In this document: in pieces, positions 1 through 14,383 of the stretch
Layout of the letters: each line of letters begins with the position of its first letter
How positions within the stretch are numbered: the stretch's first letter is position 1
NCBI RefSeq assembly: GCF_021869535.1
Contig: NW_026262745.1
Span: forward strand, 70,742,001 to 70,806,000
DNA length: 64,000 nt
Reading direction: 5' to 3'
Source of the DNA: Mytilus californianus
Taxonomy: Eukaryota
The notes under the pieces: generated by a model
Databases searched by the model: none
Told to the model about the DNA's origin: nothing
The model's input: the letters and a program-made list of their open reading frames with translations, nothing else
Made by a program: the position numbers and the translations under genes

Positions 1-1
1 C

Positions 2-1734
2 CACATCGTATATAAGTGAACACAAGTCGGAGTAGTCGTTCCTGATCATGTATTCATACACTTCCTTCGTATTTGCCTGCTGTTTTTGGCATTTAAGCAG
101 TATGTAAATTATTTCTCGGAGAAGATAGTAGGGTTTGTCACCTCCATTATCCTTGCTTTCAACGCCATATCGTTTTAGAAGATATAAACAGGTAACTTTA
201 AAGTCATATGTCTTAACATATGAGGATAATGATAACGCTCGTTTTATCCACTCAGCAGCTGTGACGAGTTCATCTAAGTCGTATAAACATGATGCCATTC
301 TTTTGGCAATGTTGTATTCGCTTGGACCTGATAAAGCTATTCCGTGTTGCAAATAATCAAGAGCATAGTGAAGAAACTCTTTATTCTTAACCACATAGGC
401 GCCATATTTGTTGGTGGATGGGAACTTGGCAATCTTCTGACATATTCTTGCCAATATTTCCATATCAATGGCAGATCCTTTTGATTCGAAGCATCGTTGT
501 GTGCTGCTTGAAAGTATTGCCAAGACAATTCTCTGTTTGTCGTTAAATGCAAATCGCCTAAACTTTCGGCAACTTGCATACGCGTACTATAAGCGAACCA
601 GTTCATGGTAAAACATTCTGTTGATTTAGTAAGTATTGCTTCAGCCATTTCAAGTCGCTGTCGTTTTACATGCGAATCTTTCTCTTTCGAAAGATGGAAT
701 AAAGCACGTCCATATTTATTCATTACAAATGAATCGGGTATTATTTTCTGCATGTCATATGCCTTTCTTAATGGTATCATTGGGTCTCTGATATATTTGA
801 CAAATGACTCATCTTTAATGAACTCAAAATCTGTAGGATTATTTTCAAGTGTCTTGTGTCGTTTTATTAATATATGGCCTATTTGTGCAAGTGATCTTGA
901 AATGTAAGTTCCTTTTTTATCAATGTCATCTGTCATGTTTGCAACATTTAAAAACATTTCAATCGCCTTACAGGTAGCATCCAAGACATCTTTTATTCTA
1001 TGTTCAGTTCGTTGCCTTTGTAGTGAATCGACATGACGATTCCATGCCTCCCCAATGTAATACGACCATACTATTTTGTATGGATATTTGCTGCAGATGA
1101 TTTGGGCCCTTTCAAATTGTTGAAGGGCTGTGATTTTGCGAAGAAAGTATTCGTTTGTTCTACTGCATTGGATAGATTGTTCTAAATTACTGATAGTTTG
1201 TTTGTTGTGGAAAACACATTTTTGAAGCACTAATCTTCTTTCTTTTTCGCTTCTTTGGTGTTCTGCCTGCAGCAGCTTGTGTGCATCAGTTAATTTGCTG
1301 CTTGCAATGTTTTCAATATTAGCTGACATATCGTGCACCAATGCATACCCTTGTTCCAAAAGACAAACAGCTTTATTGACCATGTCTTTTTCTTGGGTGC
1401 TATTAATGATTTTTTCCATGCGTTGTTTGCATCTTGCTGCGTCCGATAGTCTATGCAATCCCTTATAAATCTGTTCTAGATCGGACAATGCATTTAAATT
1501 GTTTTTATTTTCCCTTAGAATATGTTCAAGATTTTCTTTTGCATAACATCGCAATCTTGGTAGTTTTGTTTTCAAAATAGCAATCATATTATTAAGAACA
1601 TTATGTACACACTTATGCTCAACTTGCAGTCGTATTTTAAGTCCTTCTATTTTATCATAAATCATTTGGATGTCTAAAACATACATCAGATTAAGATTCA
1701 GTCCAAATAATCCTGGTATGATGGTACTATCCAT
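2..1734 (-). CDS. TTC22: TTC22-like tetratricopeptide-repeat protein; frameshift at ~495; 3' end runs off the window
   Basis: ORF 337-1734 has IPGLFGLNL, NLNALSDLEQIYKGL and KAVCLLEQGYALVHDM, which match from memory the TTC22 motifs PGHFHLEMQL, NLNAWANLAHVYGRL and ARCLAEQGYAHGFDV. From ~496 an adjacent frame stays open to the window edge (RCFESKGSAIDMEILARICQKIAK...YNIAKRMASCLYDLDELVTAAEWIKRALSL...) and continues the TPR-like helices. Confidence 0.7.
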
Positions 1735-3211
1735 CCTGTTATGTATTCAAATACTATAGTACACTATTTGCCATAATACTCCTTAATTCTGACTCATCTG
1801 TAAAACAAATTTCCATATATATTAATTTTCATTGAAATGAATGTTTACAAAATTTCATGCACTCTGCTCAAAGTACAAATAAATATAAAAACCTTAAATG
1901 AGATATACAAATTATCTCGCAAAAATTGCGACGAAAAAGCTTTTGCAAAAAGTAAAAACAATCGCAATCGAAAATGCAAAACAAATTTTAGATTTCTAAA
2001 TGTACAGTATGTCAAATGAATCATAATGATCATTTGTCATGTACTGTGTGGACCTATGTACTGGCAGATACTTTCATTTATAATACCATCTATAGTTTTC
2101 TGTATGTTTGTTTTGTTTTTGCACGTCTAAGTGTAATTGTCGGGCTAAATCTTGACAGAAATTTTAATGTTTGATTTCTTTGCCAGATTTGTTTCGTTGG
2201 TAATACTCTATTGCTTTATTCTTCAAATTACAGTTGTGGCGTTCTTGATGTGGGTGGTATATAATCAAACCAAAATTATAGTATTGAATTTTAAAATATT
2301 TTCGTATCGAACATGACTGAGGAGACAGTAAATGCCGAATTGTGCATCTGGTGCAGTAATATGTTTACCGTTAATATTGTTATATGTAATATTGTAATGT
2401 GTTGTTATAAATAAAATAAACTAGTAAATCAGTATATTTTGTATGCACTTCAAATAAATGATTGAACTGCCTAGTATGTACATATTGGTTTACAAACCAC
2501 ACATTTGCTACTGATGCCAGACAATAAACGACAATTTTTATTAAAGATAGAAATCCAGCCTTTGGGCATGATGATCGTACTCAGACTCAGGTATCAACAG
2601 CTATCAAAAGTAAAAAAAACAAAAATACAAAACTTCAAGAAAAACGTCCTTTATCAAATGGCAAAACCAAAAGCTCAAACACATCAAACGAATGGAAAAC
2701 AACTGCCATAATCCTGACTTGGTACAGGCATTTCCTTGTGTCAAAAATGGTGGGTTAAACCTGGTTTAATAGCTACATAATTAAAACCTCTCATTTTCAT
2801 AAAATTCCATTATATTGACAACCATGAGTGAACAAAATCAAAATACTATGTATTTGTTGCTTCGAGCACACTTTTGTACTCCCGAGTACTGAGTAAAATT
2901 TAATGACCGAGAGCCAATGAATGTATTAATTAATTTTTGTTTTCTCCGTTTCATCTGTAATTCATGTGAGCTTATTAATCATTTTATCATACATTCATGT
3001 GCACGAAATATATCATTTACATTATATTTCTTAAGAGTAGTTCTGACATTTGAGTAAATTTATTTATATTACTTTTTAAATCAGTAATTTAATATGTAAA
3101 CCCTTTTTGGCGGTATTACATGTAGTTGCCGATATCATGCCAATCAGGTCCACTAAAAATATCCAATTTTATTTATATACTTAAACGAATATCAAAATCA
3201 GACATGGATCC

Positions 3212-3322
3212 AGTGGTTAGCAGGTAGGTTTATTTTTTAAGATATGATAGTGGTTAGCAGGTAGATTTGTTTTTTAAGATATGATAGTGGTTAGCAGGTA
3301 GATTTGTTTTTTAAGATATGAT
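3212..3322. repeat. 37-bp tandem repeat x3
   Basis: agtggttagcaggtagatttgttttttaagatatgat starts at 3212, 3249 and 3286. Confidence 0.9.
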
Positions 3323-3361
3323 GATCTTTTGTCATACATCTAAAAACATGTACATGGATAT

Positions 3362-3605
3362 AGGAAGATGTGGTATGAGTGCCAATGAGACAACTCTGCA
3401 TCCAAGTAACAATTTATAAAAGTAAACGATTATAGGTCAAGGTACGGCCTTCAACACGGAGCATTGGCTCACACCAAACAGCAAGCTATAAAGAAATTAC
3501 TAGTGTAAAACCATTCAAACGGAAAACCCAACGGTCTAATCTATATAAAAACGAGAAACGAGAAACATGTATGAACTACATAAACAGACGACAACTACTG
3601 TAAAC
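3362..3605 (+). mobile_element. Abundant dispersed non-autonomous repeat (aagatgtggtatgagtgccaatgagacaactct family)
   Basis: The same head recurs at ~19333, 28904, 30476, 42946, 46831 and 49318 (+), and inverted at ~29560-29635, 47150, 57895-58110 and 61350. Superfamily not determined. Confidence 0.75.
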
Positions 3606-4268
3606 ATGGTCGTTTTATTTGTTAAACCATTTTACCTATTGAATTGCTTCCTTAGTTGCACATTTCCGTTTTATAGTATACATTATTGTCGAATATAATA
3701 TTCTAATCAAATTGGCAATCGACCTTTCGTTTTTTTAAAGGTTTGAGCGTTCCGTATGATGGAAGACAGTAAATCGGTACGAATGCTCACAACTTATTAA
3801 AAAAGTGTTGATATTCGAAAAAAAAATCTAAAGGAGTTTGCATATATATCAATTGCCTGTTTCCTGCCCTTATCCAGCATACACAAATTTCTATGGACAT
3901 TCTAATTTTCCGAAATCAATCGCTGATCACATACTTTTCATAAGCTGACTATTTGAAGGTTTAATTTGTTATCGTACTTACATGTATAGTTCTAAGAGTT
4001 ATCATTTATCATAAAAAAAAAGTTCAGAGTTTAGCAATTAAACCAGAAAAAAGACAAGATTGTTCAGCAATTTATATGTTGATTATGCAGTAATAATGTA
4101 TTAATTTGATGACAGAAAAATAGACTTCATTCCAAATTAATAACTACAAAACATCTTCTTAAAGTGTTACTGCATCTGTAAAATTTGAAATGATGACATT
4201 TTTCCTGTTTTATCAAAACCAATTGCTCTTTTTATAACAAGAGAAAAGATAAATCATTTATACGTAAT

Positions 4269-5552
4269 GAAAGGGTCGATAGAGACACTTGCTTTGATGT
4301 CTATAGAAAGTGTTCATATCAGCAGGTGATATTATAAGTAAGGAAAGGGTCGATAGAGATTCTATGGTGCCTTTAGGAAGGAGTCATATCAGCAGGTCAT
4401 GTTATAAGTAAAAAAAATGGTCAATAGAGACACTTTCTATGATGCCTACAGGGAGGGGTTAATCAGCAGATGATGTTATGAGTAAAAAAAAGGTCGATAG
4501 AGACACTTTTTATGCTGCCTATAGGGAGGGGTCATATGAGCAGGTGAAGTTATAGGTAAAGAAGGGGTCGATAGAGACACTTTCTTTGGTGCCTTTAGGA
4601 AGGGGTCATATCAGCAGGTGATGTTATAATTGAAGACACGGTCGTTAAGCACATGCTATGGTGAATTTAGGGAGGGGTCATATCAGTAGGTGATGTTATA
4701 AGTAAAGAAAGGTCGATAGAGACACTTTCTTTGGTGCTTATATTATAGGGAGGGGGTCATATCAGTAGGTGATGTTATAAATAAAGAAACAGTCGATAGT
4801 CACACTTTCTTTGATGCATATAGGGAGGGGTCATATCAGCAGATAATGTTAAAAGTGAAGAAAGGGTCGATAGAGAAACTTTCTATGGTGTCTATAGGAA
4901 GGGTCATATCAGCAGGTGATGTTATAAGTAAAGAAAGGGGCGGTAGAAACACTTTCTATGGTGTCTATCGAAAGGGGTCATATCAGCAGGTGATATTATA
5001 GGAAAGGAAATGGTCGATTGAGACACTTTCTATGATATCTTAAGGAAGGGGTCATATCAGCAGGTGATGTTATCAGTAACAAAAGGGTCGATAGAGACAC
5101 TTTGTATGATGCCTATAGGGAGGGGTCATATCAGCATGTGATGTTACTAGTAAAGGAAGGAAATGTAGAGACACTGTTTATGATGCCTATAGGAAGGGAT
5201 CATATCAGCAGGTGATGTTATAAATAAGGAAAGGGTCGATAGAGACACTTTCTATGATGCCTATACGGAGGGGTCATATCAGCAGGTTATGTTATAAGTA
5301 AAAAGAAGGGTAGATAGAGACACTTTCTATGGTGCCTTTACGGAGGGGTCATATTAGCAGGTGATGTTATAAGTAAAGAAAGGATAGATAGAGACACTTT
5401 TATGGCGACTATAGGAAGGTCGTATCAGCAGGTTATGTTAATATTAAAGAAAGGGTCGATAGAGACACATTTTATGGTGTCTATAGGAAGGGGTCATATC
5501 AGCAGGTGATGTTATAAGTAAAGAAAGGGCCGAAAAAGATACCTTTTATGGT
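4269..5552. repeat. ~75-bp minisatellite, ~17 copies
   Basis: Unit aagggtcgatagagacactttctatgatgcctatagggaggggtcatatcagcaggtgatgttataagtaaagaa, repeated with substitutions and small indels. Confidence 0.95.
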
Positions 5553-5789
5553 TCATCTTTCACAAAAAAATACATAAAAAAATGAGAATAATTGTACATT
5601 ACATTCAACATATTTAATGCAAAGTATATTTTTATCAGATCTACATCAGGATGTCATCTTTAGTCATACTGTATGATATAAGAGCAAAGTCCTTTAAAAC
5701 CGCTTTTAATATTTTAAAGAATGATGAATTTTGCCTTAAGCCCAAAGGTGACTCAGGAACAGAAATATGGTCACTTTTGGTTTTTGAAC

Positions 5790-6150
5790 CGACAGTAAAG
5801 TCCATGTGAATGTTTGAGTGTCCGTTTGGTCGTGTTGAATGAATAAATGCGCAGCCACGTCGGGTCAGAAAGGAGATTTTTTTTCCTTTGTGTCGTGAAG
5901 AGATAGAGTGCCAGCTCTCTGCACGTTAAGAACCCTTTAAAGAACTCCTTGAAGGGTCCGTAGGTGGGTTGTTGCAAGGCTAAATTTCAATTTCTTTATT
6001 CAATATACTCTCATTTTCTAGTGGGATTTCCAATTTCTCGACATTCATTTTAATTGATTAAAGACCTTCCGGTTGTATTCATTATGGATTTGTTATCATC
6101 ATGAGCATGCATGAAATATTTGAAACTGAACGTAAAACAAACCACAATCA
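5790..6150 (+). mobile_element. Degenerate SINE-like repeat (copy A)
   Basis: Core ctctgcacgttaagaaccctt...ttgttgcaaggc...tcaatatactctcattttc and tail catgaaatattt...aaaccacaatcaat are shared with an inverted copy at 12250-12600. Confidence 0.55.
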
Positions 6151-9100
6151 ATAAATGTATTACTACTCTTAATATCAGTGTAAAAGTTAAATATACTTCT
6201 TCCACTTGTGCTATGGGGTATATGTTGAATAATAGAACAATGATTAATTGATGAAGTTAATCTTAGTACACAAGAAAAAAGATAAAGCAAATTAACAATA
6301 GTGGTATAAAGGTTCCTCTATGAAAGTATATATGTAATTAAAAAAAAGTAATAATTGTTTGTTTTTATACAAAATATAAAATACATTTACACCATGAATA
6401 CATTGAAAGTATAAGGATTTCCTACATTTATCATGATAATCATGATCACTAACAACGTAGTCAAATATCAGAATGACTACCCTCCCCCTTTTAACCCTCG
6501 TAAATTACTGGAATCTATCGTTTTGCTTTAATTATAAATCATAGTGCAAATGATATTAATTGTATGATTAACTTCTTTTAGAGGTGTCCAAACAATAATA
6601 CTTTAAGAAAAAATATAACCTAACAGTCATACGTTTTAAAGGAATATAAGTTAATGTCCTTCTATAAGTTCAAATAATTTCATTTCACTTATTTTTTTCA
6701 CTTTGCAAGATTAAGAAAATATTGTTTCCAAATTAATTTATGTATTCTTATTGTGAACTATAAAAAAGACAAAACTGTCAACAGTGTATTCCAAATTTTA
6801 CAAACCATTTAAATTATACTTTCTTGCGATCTAACATAATTAATTTCTAGCTATTATTTATCTTAATTTGATTAATAAAGTAACATGGCATAAATTTTTC
6901 AATTTATAATCGGTTAATGTACAAAGGGAAGCAACTTTAGTTGTTCTACATAGGGGCAAAATTGGCAGGTTAATGGTGCAAAATCAGCAGGTGCCGTATC
7001 AGCAGATGAGTGATCCAGACCCGTCTCCATTTACTTATCACTTCTATGTAAATCAGATGATGTCAGCGTCTGATATCGCCAGGGCTGACGCGGACGCAGA
7101 CACGCGAAGCTTACATCTAATACTAGGACAGGTGACATTGCCATAACAATAATTAGTCAAAAGTAATACAACAAGTACATTAATACATGTAGGACGTGAA
7201 AAAAATGCATATGTCAATTTATATTAAAGTGAAAAATAGCAATCAATAGAACGTTGTGAAGTGCATATGAATGTAATAATTATATAATCGAATAATAGAG
7301 GAAATAAATATATTATACATACATGACTTCCTGATAGAATACGTGTTTTATTGTCCGGTTATAAATTGAGTTTACATAACTGTATACTATATGTTTTCTG
7401 AAAACCAGTATTTAGGTCATTAAATCGATATTGTGCATAGTCTTTTGAAATGCTCTGTTTAGTCTTTTAACATGTTTAATCAACCTATTTTTACAGTATT
7501 GTTCAAGCTCGTTCCTTTATGTGAGATTATTATTTTATAATTTAATGAATTAAGTCAGATATTATATAATTTGTAGGTCATCAATTTTACACAAATACAT
7601 ATGCATATCATATGTGTACATTACAATGCATTGATTCATGCATTTGTAGGTGCCAATTTAGTTGCACGTTTCTTTCTTTGCTGAGTATATTATTATGCTC
7701 ATAGTTGGAGATTGCTAAAATAGTGAGGTAAATAAAAAAAGAAGAAAAATGGTCACAAAAAAGAGAAAAAAAAAATACGACATTAATGGACTGTAGATGG
7801 TGGAGCTAGAATGTATATTTATTCAACTGTACAACTGTACACATAATTTTTGGGGAAAATCAACTGTTTTATGTTTTCTATATATACAACAAAATAATAT
7901 CATGCCCCCTCCTCCCCCATCCCCCCTGTTAAAAAAAACAATATTTAACACTGTTGAATAACTTTCCTCATTGAAATGATTGATGAACAGAAAAATATCT
8001 AATAGAATAGTGCATTATATATTAAAGTATGTACACACCATCGTGCATTATCTGTTAGTAATAGATGTAATTTCTGCTATCTGAGGTGCGTTAGCCCCGA
8101 AGATATGAGACGATTACATTTTATTTACATAGAAGTGATCAATATTTTATCTTTTCGTTTGTTCTAAAAATTAGTTTTGGACAAAGCAGGAAAATTGTCA
8201 TTATCTAAAATTTAGTAACTTTTTTGGAGATGTTTTGTAGTTATGGATTTTGAATGCAATCTTAATTGTATCTGTTTTCTCTCATCAAATTGATACCGTT
8301 ATCACTGCTTTTGTTTGCCAATATGAGTTCCTTTACTATCTTGTATTTTTCAGGTTTGATTGCCAAAATCTGAGCTGTTTGCTTATAAATGGAATAAATT
8401 TCTGAAAGATACAGCAATATCCTTTTGTCTCTTTCTAAATTATCATGAATCATATAGAATAATGACATGGCGTACACTAGGGACACCAAATCGGCTAACG
8501 CCTTTTGGATACACAAAGTGCTCGGATGAAGATCATATCGTGTTTACACCTTAAATTTTACTCCGAGCACAGATACGAGCACAGATAAAACCTGTGCAAT
8601 TGGAAATGTTTTAAGGGATGCTGGAATATAGAAGCATAAAACGTATATATATTTTGTGTTTCCCAAAATTTAAAATTTGAGTGTATTTGCTGTTTGTTAT
8701 CTTCGCCCTGTCATAATTTCTCTATTTATAGCAGTTTTTAAAAAAAATAGGCAAAACTTTCATTTTACACCTATGTTGTATTTTAAGTCATGTCGGATGA
8801 AACTATAGGATTCCGATTATCTGTCAAAAAGTCAAAAACAAGAGAAGCAAACATCCTTAAACTGTTAATCCGAAAGCATGCCGTACTTCAACATACATCG
8901 GCATATATATATATATATATATAAATAACAACGTAATCATTGTTATAAACTATACAGGAAACATGAACATGAACACGAGTTGTATGTGGATATAAAAATA
9001 TACAGATGTACACCTAGGATTTTAACTTTTCCTGATATGGATTTATATAGATTATAGATTATGTTTGTCATGTGCTTAATTTGTTTACAAATATTAAGGT

Positions 9101-10498
9101 CATTTTACCAGCTGATTAGTTTGATGATCACATGTACAGTTTTCGGAAAATTATATTTTTTAAATCGTACGTCGATTTATATAGCATTGTTCGACACGAT
9201 CAAGGTATATGAAAATACAATATTTTGCGAGATCGACATTGTACGGGTACACATGGTACATATATGCATATGTTATCATGGTAATGGGACAATGGAACCA
9301 AATAAAAAACGAACGAACAGAGTAAAAAAAGACGGTAACAAACATAACTTTACGACAGAAGGCGGATTGAATGGGGTGGTATAACATTGTGGGTTACTTT
9401 ACGAAACCCCTGTATGCGCCCCCGTGTTACATAACACATGCATATTATGTGAACAATTTTAGAACAGATCAATATTACATGAACGTTGTTGGTTACGTAT
9501 ATCAATCGATCAACATGTATTTTCAGTGATACATAATATGTATATATCGCTATGTGACTAACATGACTAAATACATATAAAATACTTACATACTTTTCAA
9601 TTTCAAAGTTCACAGATCTACAAATATGTACAGCATTACCATTATTCACAACCTTGACGATTATCACTGAGTGTATAACATGAATAACTCCGACAAATTG
9701 TTGTGCTCGGTTTGTTGTGCATGTTGTGTATACATAGCCAGGATATAGATGTTTAATTATTGTTTTATTGATAACCTGGTTTATTTTGTTTCAAAGACTT
9801 GAATTTACCGTACCGCGGGGTTATTATTAGATTAAACCAAAGAGTAAAAATATATATATATATATATACATGGTATGTTTGCAACCCGACCAAAGGGCAG
9901 AAAACAGTCACAGGCCACAATGGGTCTTCAACACAGCGAGAAAATCCCGCACCCGGAGGCGAGCTTCAACTGGCCCCTAATAAAAATGTGTACTAGTTTA
10001 ATGAAAATGGACGCCACACTAAACTCCAAAAATATAAATGAACTAAAATTAAAAATGAAAATGTATACAAGAGGGTCTGTATGGGGTTTACAGAATAGAG
10101 AATAATGGCCATTATACTGCCTAAGATTACTGCAAAAAATTGGCCCAACAAATACGGAACAGACAATCATGGGAAGCCAAAATATAAAGAATAGAGAATT
10201 ATGGGCAAAAATATAAAAGAATAGAGACAAATGACCTAAGAAATTAAAGAATATAGAAAAAAAGATTCCCCATCCAGATCCGTATACCATATGTATTCTC
10301 TTTTACGTACATTGTAACACTACATTAGAAAAAAGTAAAATAATAAAAATACCGAACTCCGATCAAAATATGTGACCGATTTAGCTTGTTCTTCATAAAA
10401 TATGACAAATCATACTTTCTAATTAAAAACATTGTTATGTGGCACTTATATCGGAGATGTGTTTCAATTAATTAAATTTTTTCCGGTATTAGAGTATA

Positions 10499-11810
10499 TT
10501 TTTAGCTCCCCTGGCCATCTGGGCCAAGTTAGCTTTTCTCATCACTTGGCGTCCGTCGTCCGTCGTCGTCCGTTAACTTTTACACAAATTTTCTCCTATG
10601 AAACTACTGAACCAAATTTAACCAAACTTGGCCACAATCATCATTAGGGTATCTAGTTTTAAAAATATGTCCGACGACCCCGCCTACCAACAAACATGGC
10701 CGCTATGGCTAAAAATGGAACATAGGGGTAAAATGCAGATTCTGGTTATATCGCTGAAATTAAAGCATTTAAAGCAAATATGAGACATAATAAAAATGTT
10801 CATCAGGTTAAGATCTATCTGCCCTGAAATTTTCAGACAAATCAGACAACTCGTAGTTGGGTTGCTGCTCCTGAATTGATAATTTTTTGGACATTTTGCA
10901 GTGTTTGGTTATTATCTTGAATATTATTTTAGATAGAGATAAACTGTAAACAGCAATAATGTTCAGCAAAGTTAGATCTACAAATAAGTTAACATGATTA
11001 AAATAGTCAATTGACCTCTTAAGGAGTTATTGCCCTTTATAGTCAATTTTTAACAATTTTTGGTAATTTTTGTAATCCTTTACAAAAATCTTTTCCTCTG
11101 AAACTACTGAGACAAATTTAACCAAATTTGACTACAATCATCATTAGGGTGTCTAGTTTAAAAAATGTGTTCGATGACCCCGCCTTCCAACCAACATGGC
11201 CGACATGGCTGAAAATAGAACATAGGGGTAAAATGCAGGTTTTTGTTTATTATTTTTTAAACCGTTATAAATAGAGAAAATCTGAAAGTAGCAAAAAGTT
11301 CAGAATAATGAGCTCTACCAAATGTTAATATACGTAAAAACTGTAAGACAAATTTTTATAGGAGTTATTGCCCATAAATGACAAATTTTACCATTTTATT
11401 TTCCTTTTTGCCTATTATCATGAAAACTATGATATTTAGAGAGTAACATTTTTTTTTCCGTTATGCCTTATATGATTTAAATTATAATAGATAAATAAAC
11501 ACTTTAAATCACAAAAATGATCAGCGAGGCAAGATCTATTAAAAAGTCTGCCGATATAGTAAGTCTTCTGTCACTCTTCATAGGAGTGATTGCCCTTTAA
11601 TGAGGATTTGTTTTACCCTCTTTTGTGTTTTGAGCAAAAACTAAAGAAGACAAAGAGAAACTAAACAGACTTAAAGATCAGTAATACAAGATCAACAAAA
11701 TAGAGATTTTTGTCATGAAGTCTATTCAATCTACAATGTTGGAGATTGTCCTTTGTTTGATATGCACATAGACCAAGTTGAGCGACACAGGCTCGTTAGA
11801 GCCTCTAATT
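10499..11810 (+). mobile_element. Helentron-associated (HINE/Helitron-N-like) non-autonomous element with internal ~500-bp duplication
   Basis: Head tttttagctcccctgg, (cgtc)n microsatellite at ~10550, duplicated block at 10590 and 11092, and 3' hairpin caggctcgttagagcctctaattt. Confidence 0.7.
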
Positions 11811-12249
11811 TTATTTCCGGATTTAATTTACGATGATGTCTTACATTCCTGAGTGGTTTGGAGAACAGGACGATTGTCAATATATTACTACATACAATCT
11901 TTAGACACAAATGCATAATAAAATGCAATTCTTACTTTTGATTACACAATTTTACAACCTCTCTCAGCTTTAGCTAGTTTACCAATATGAAGTGTCGCTC
12001 CCATACGGTGAGACAAGAGGAACGTATTGACAGAGTCGTCCATGTGGATTTTAAAAGGACGAAAAAAGGCGAAGGTCAATATGGACACTTATAGTACCGA
12101 TATAAATATCTTGTTTGGTAATTTTTCTGGTTCCTAAGGCCTGGGTTGGATAACATCCCTTTTAAAAAAATTATCGGAATTTACAACATGTTTTAGGATT
12201 TTTCATTCGCTTTAATGCAATAAGCCGCAATAAATAGCAAACCAGAAAT

Positions 12250-12600
12250 CCATCCATTCGATTGATTGATTGTTGTTTGATAAACGTCCAGCGACAAATA
12301 TTTGATGCGTGTTCAGGATGATAACAACTTTCTAATAAATACAATATGCAGGTTCTGCAATGGAGGCTGTCCAAAACGAAGGTCGGCCTCGGTGAAATTT
12401 TGATTGCCACTCGAAAATGAGGGTATATTGGATAGGGACAGAAATGTTGCCTTGCAACAAGGACACCTCTTGTAACCCTAAAAAGTTGTTACAAGGGTTC
12501 TTACGTGCAAAGAGCGCGGCAGTCTCTTTACACGAGGCATTGGACATATACATGTATCGTCCCCATTCTGAGGGGTGGACAGAGGCAAATTTAAGGAAAC
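12250..12600 (-). mobile_element. SINE-like repeat (copy B, inverted)
   Basis: The reverse complement contains gctctttgcacgtaagaacccttg...ttgttgcaaggc...tccaatataccctcattttc and the tail tcctgaacacgcatcaaatatttgtcgctggacgttt...caatcaatcaat, homologous to 5790-6150. Confidence 0.6.
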
Positions 12601-13884
12601 ATCTGAATGAGGGGGTAGGGAAGTTGGAGTGAAGGGGGAGCGGGGATATTTTGGAATTCTTTTACCGATTTTTGTCTTGGAGTTAGGGAATGCAAGTGGC
12701 AGTAGATGGGGAGTTGGATTTGGGTGATAGGGTAGAGGGAATTAGGGACACCCCTATCCAACCCCTTCGTCTAGACCGGACGAGGCTGTGTATTTGTACA
12801 TCCCGCACAGCCAAACGAAAGCTAAACTTTGGCAAGGGGTTTACTTCGGTCAGAAGAAGATCGAGAATGACTCCATATTTCTATCCATCAGTCACCCTTT
12901 CATCATTGCTAATGTCAGTTCCATTGTTAAATTCTCCGGTGTAAGTACGCATGGAAACTTTATTTTTTCAATGTCTTACTGAAATATGGCTTCTTATTCA
13001 AATTTATTGTTATAAAAGTGTACATATATGCTGACTCTAAATTCGAATTATTTACTTTATTTACTAGCACATTTCTTTTAACAGTCTTATCCATTTGCAC
13101 GAGTAATTAGGAAAACCTATTAAATAAAAATCCTAAGAATTACACTATCTACACAGTCAAAAAAAAGAAATCCCAATGGTTACCAGATTGACGGACAAAC
13201 ACTCATTATTTTTAACATTGTGAATTGAACATTGTCCTATCTCCGCAAAAACAACACTTCTTTTCATATCTTGTTAAACTATTTTTACAAATATGGCTGT
13301 GGATACTCTGAGTACAGACAAAACGAAGCATCTAGGAAAGTAATCAGGCATGGCTGGACCTACACAAATAAAAGTTATATGCATTTTACAATGTGTTTTC
13401 CTTCAGAAACAAATAAAAAAAAAAAAAAAGAAGCTCACCTGGATTTTGGTCTACAGAAGATAGCAAAATAAACATACAACTGAGTTTCATTGGATACGGT
13501 CCATGCACTCGTTTACACTTTAAATCAAATGTTGTTGTCCAGATAAAATATTCTCCCTCTATTGCCGGTAGAAACTAAACCAGTTCACATCAACAAGAAC
13601 ATGTATATGAGGGAGGCTTCTCAAACCGCCTTCCTAGAGGCGGATTATGGTGTAAAAAGGGGGCTCCTCATGGGGCTACATTATAAGATAATAAAATTAT
13701 GGTTAATGCATAAACTTTTTACATGTCACACTAGCTCCAAACGTTGTCTAGTTTTGCCTCCCCTTTCAAAATCCTGGATCCGCATCATTTAAATTCGCAA
13801 CATAGTTTATTTTGGCTATTCTACAGGCAGGTATAAAAAAATAAATGAATAGCAAAATCCAGTTGAATTTTTTCAAGGACGTAT

Positions 13885-14100
13885 AAGGGAGCTACCATTT
13901 GATTTTTATGGGGGGGGGGGGGGGGGGGGGGAGGCTAGGATGAAATTTGAAAAAAATGTAGGACACGGGAGTTTTGAGTAAAAAAAAAGCAGGATGGGCA
14001 ACTTGGCATAAAAAAAAACGAGGATAAACTAATAAAGAAAAAGGCAGGACCGAATAGAGTGAAAAATAAAAAGGCAGGACAAAATTTTTCATCCTAGCCC
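13885..14100 (+). mobile_element. Truncated MITE-like element with poly-G tract
   Basis: agggagctaccatttgatttttatg(g)n-aggctaggatgaaattt ... aaaatttttcatcctagccc. The inner inverted repeat is present but the outer right arm is missing. Confidence 0.55.
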
Positions 14101-14383
14101 TAGTGTATTTCAGTTTTCTTTTTAATAAAGAGACTCACTGACCATAGGGTACTTCTCACGCTGAAAACACAAAACAGTTTTGTGGTTCATATTCACACCC
14201 TTTCTTGGTTATCTCCCATGTATGATCATGTAGACAGAAATTACAAATGTAAACAACTTGGGCGTGTTTTATTGGTCTCTTCTGTACATCTCCAGAATAT
14301 CTTCTGGTGAAGCGTCCAAAAAAATGAGTCTGGGCATCTTCTGGAGATATCCTGGAGAAGAACCAATAAAATACATAATCAAG

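Noticed and set aside
12417-12982. GC-rich run of ORFs that looked like a degraded gene
   Set aside because: 12417-12600 is the antisense of a SINE copy. The remainder (YLYIPHSQTKAKLWQG...) has stops and frame changes and no motif I recognise.
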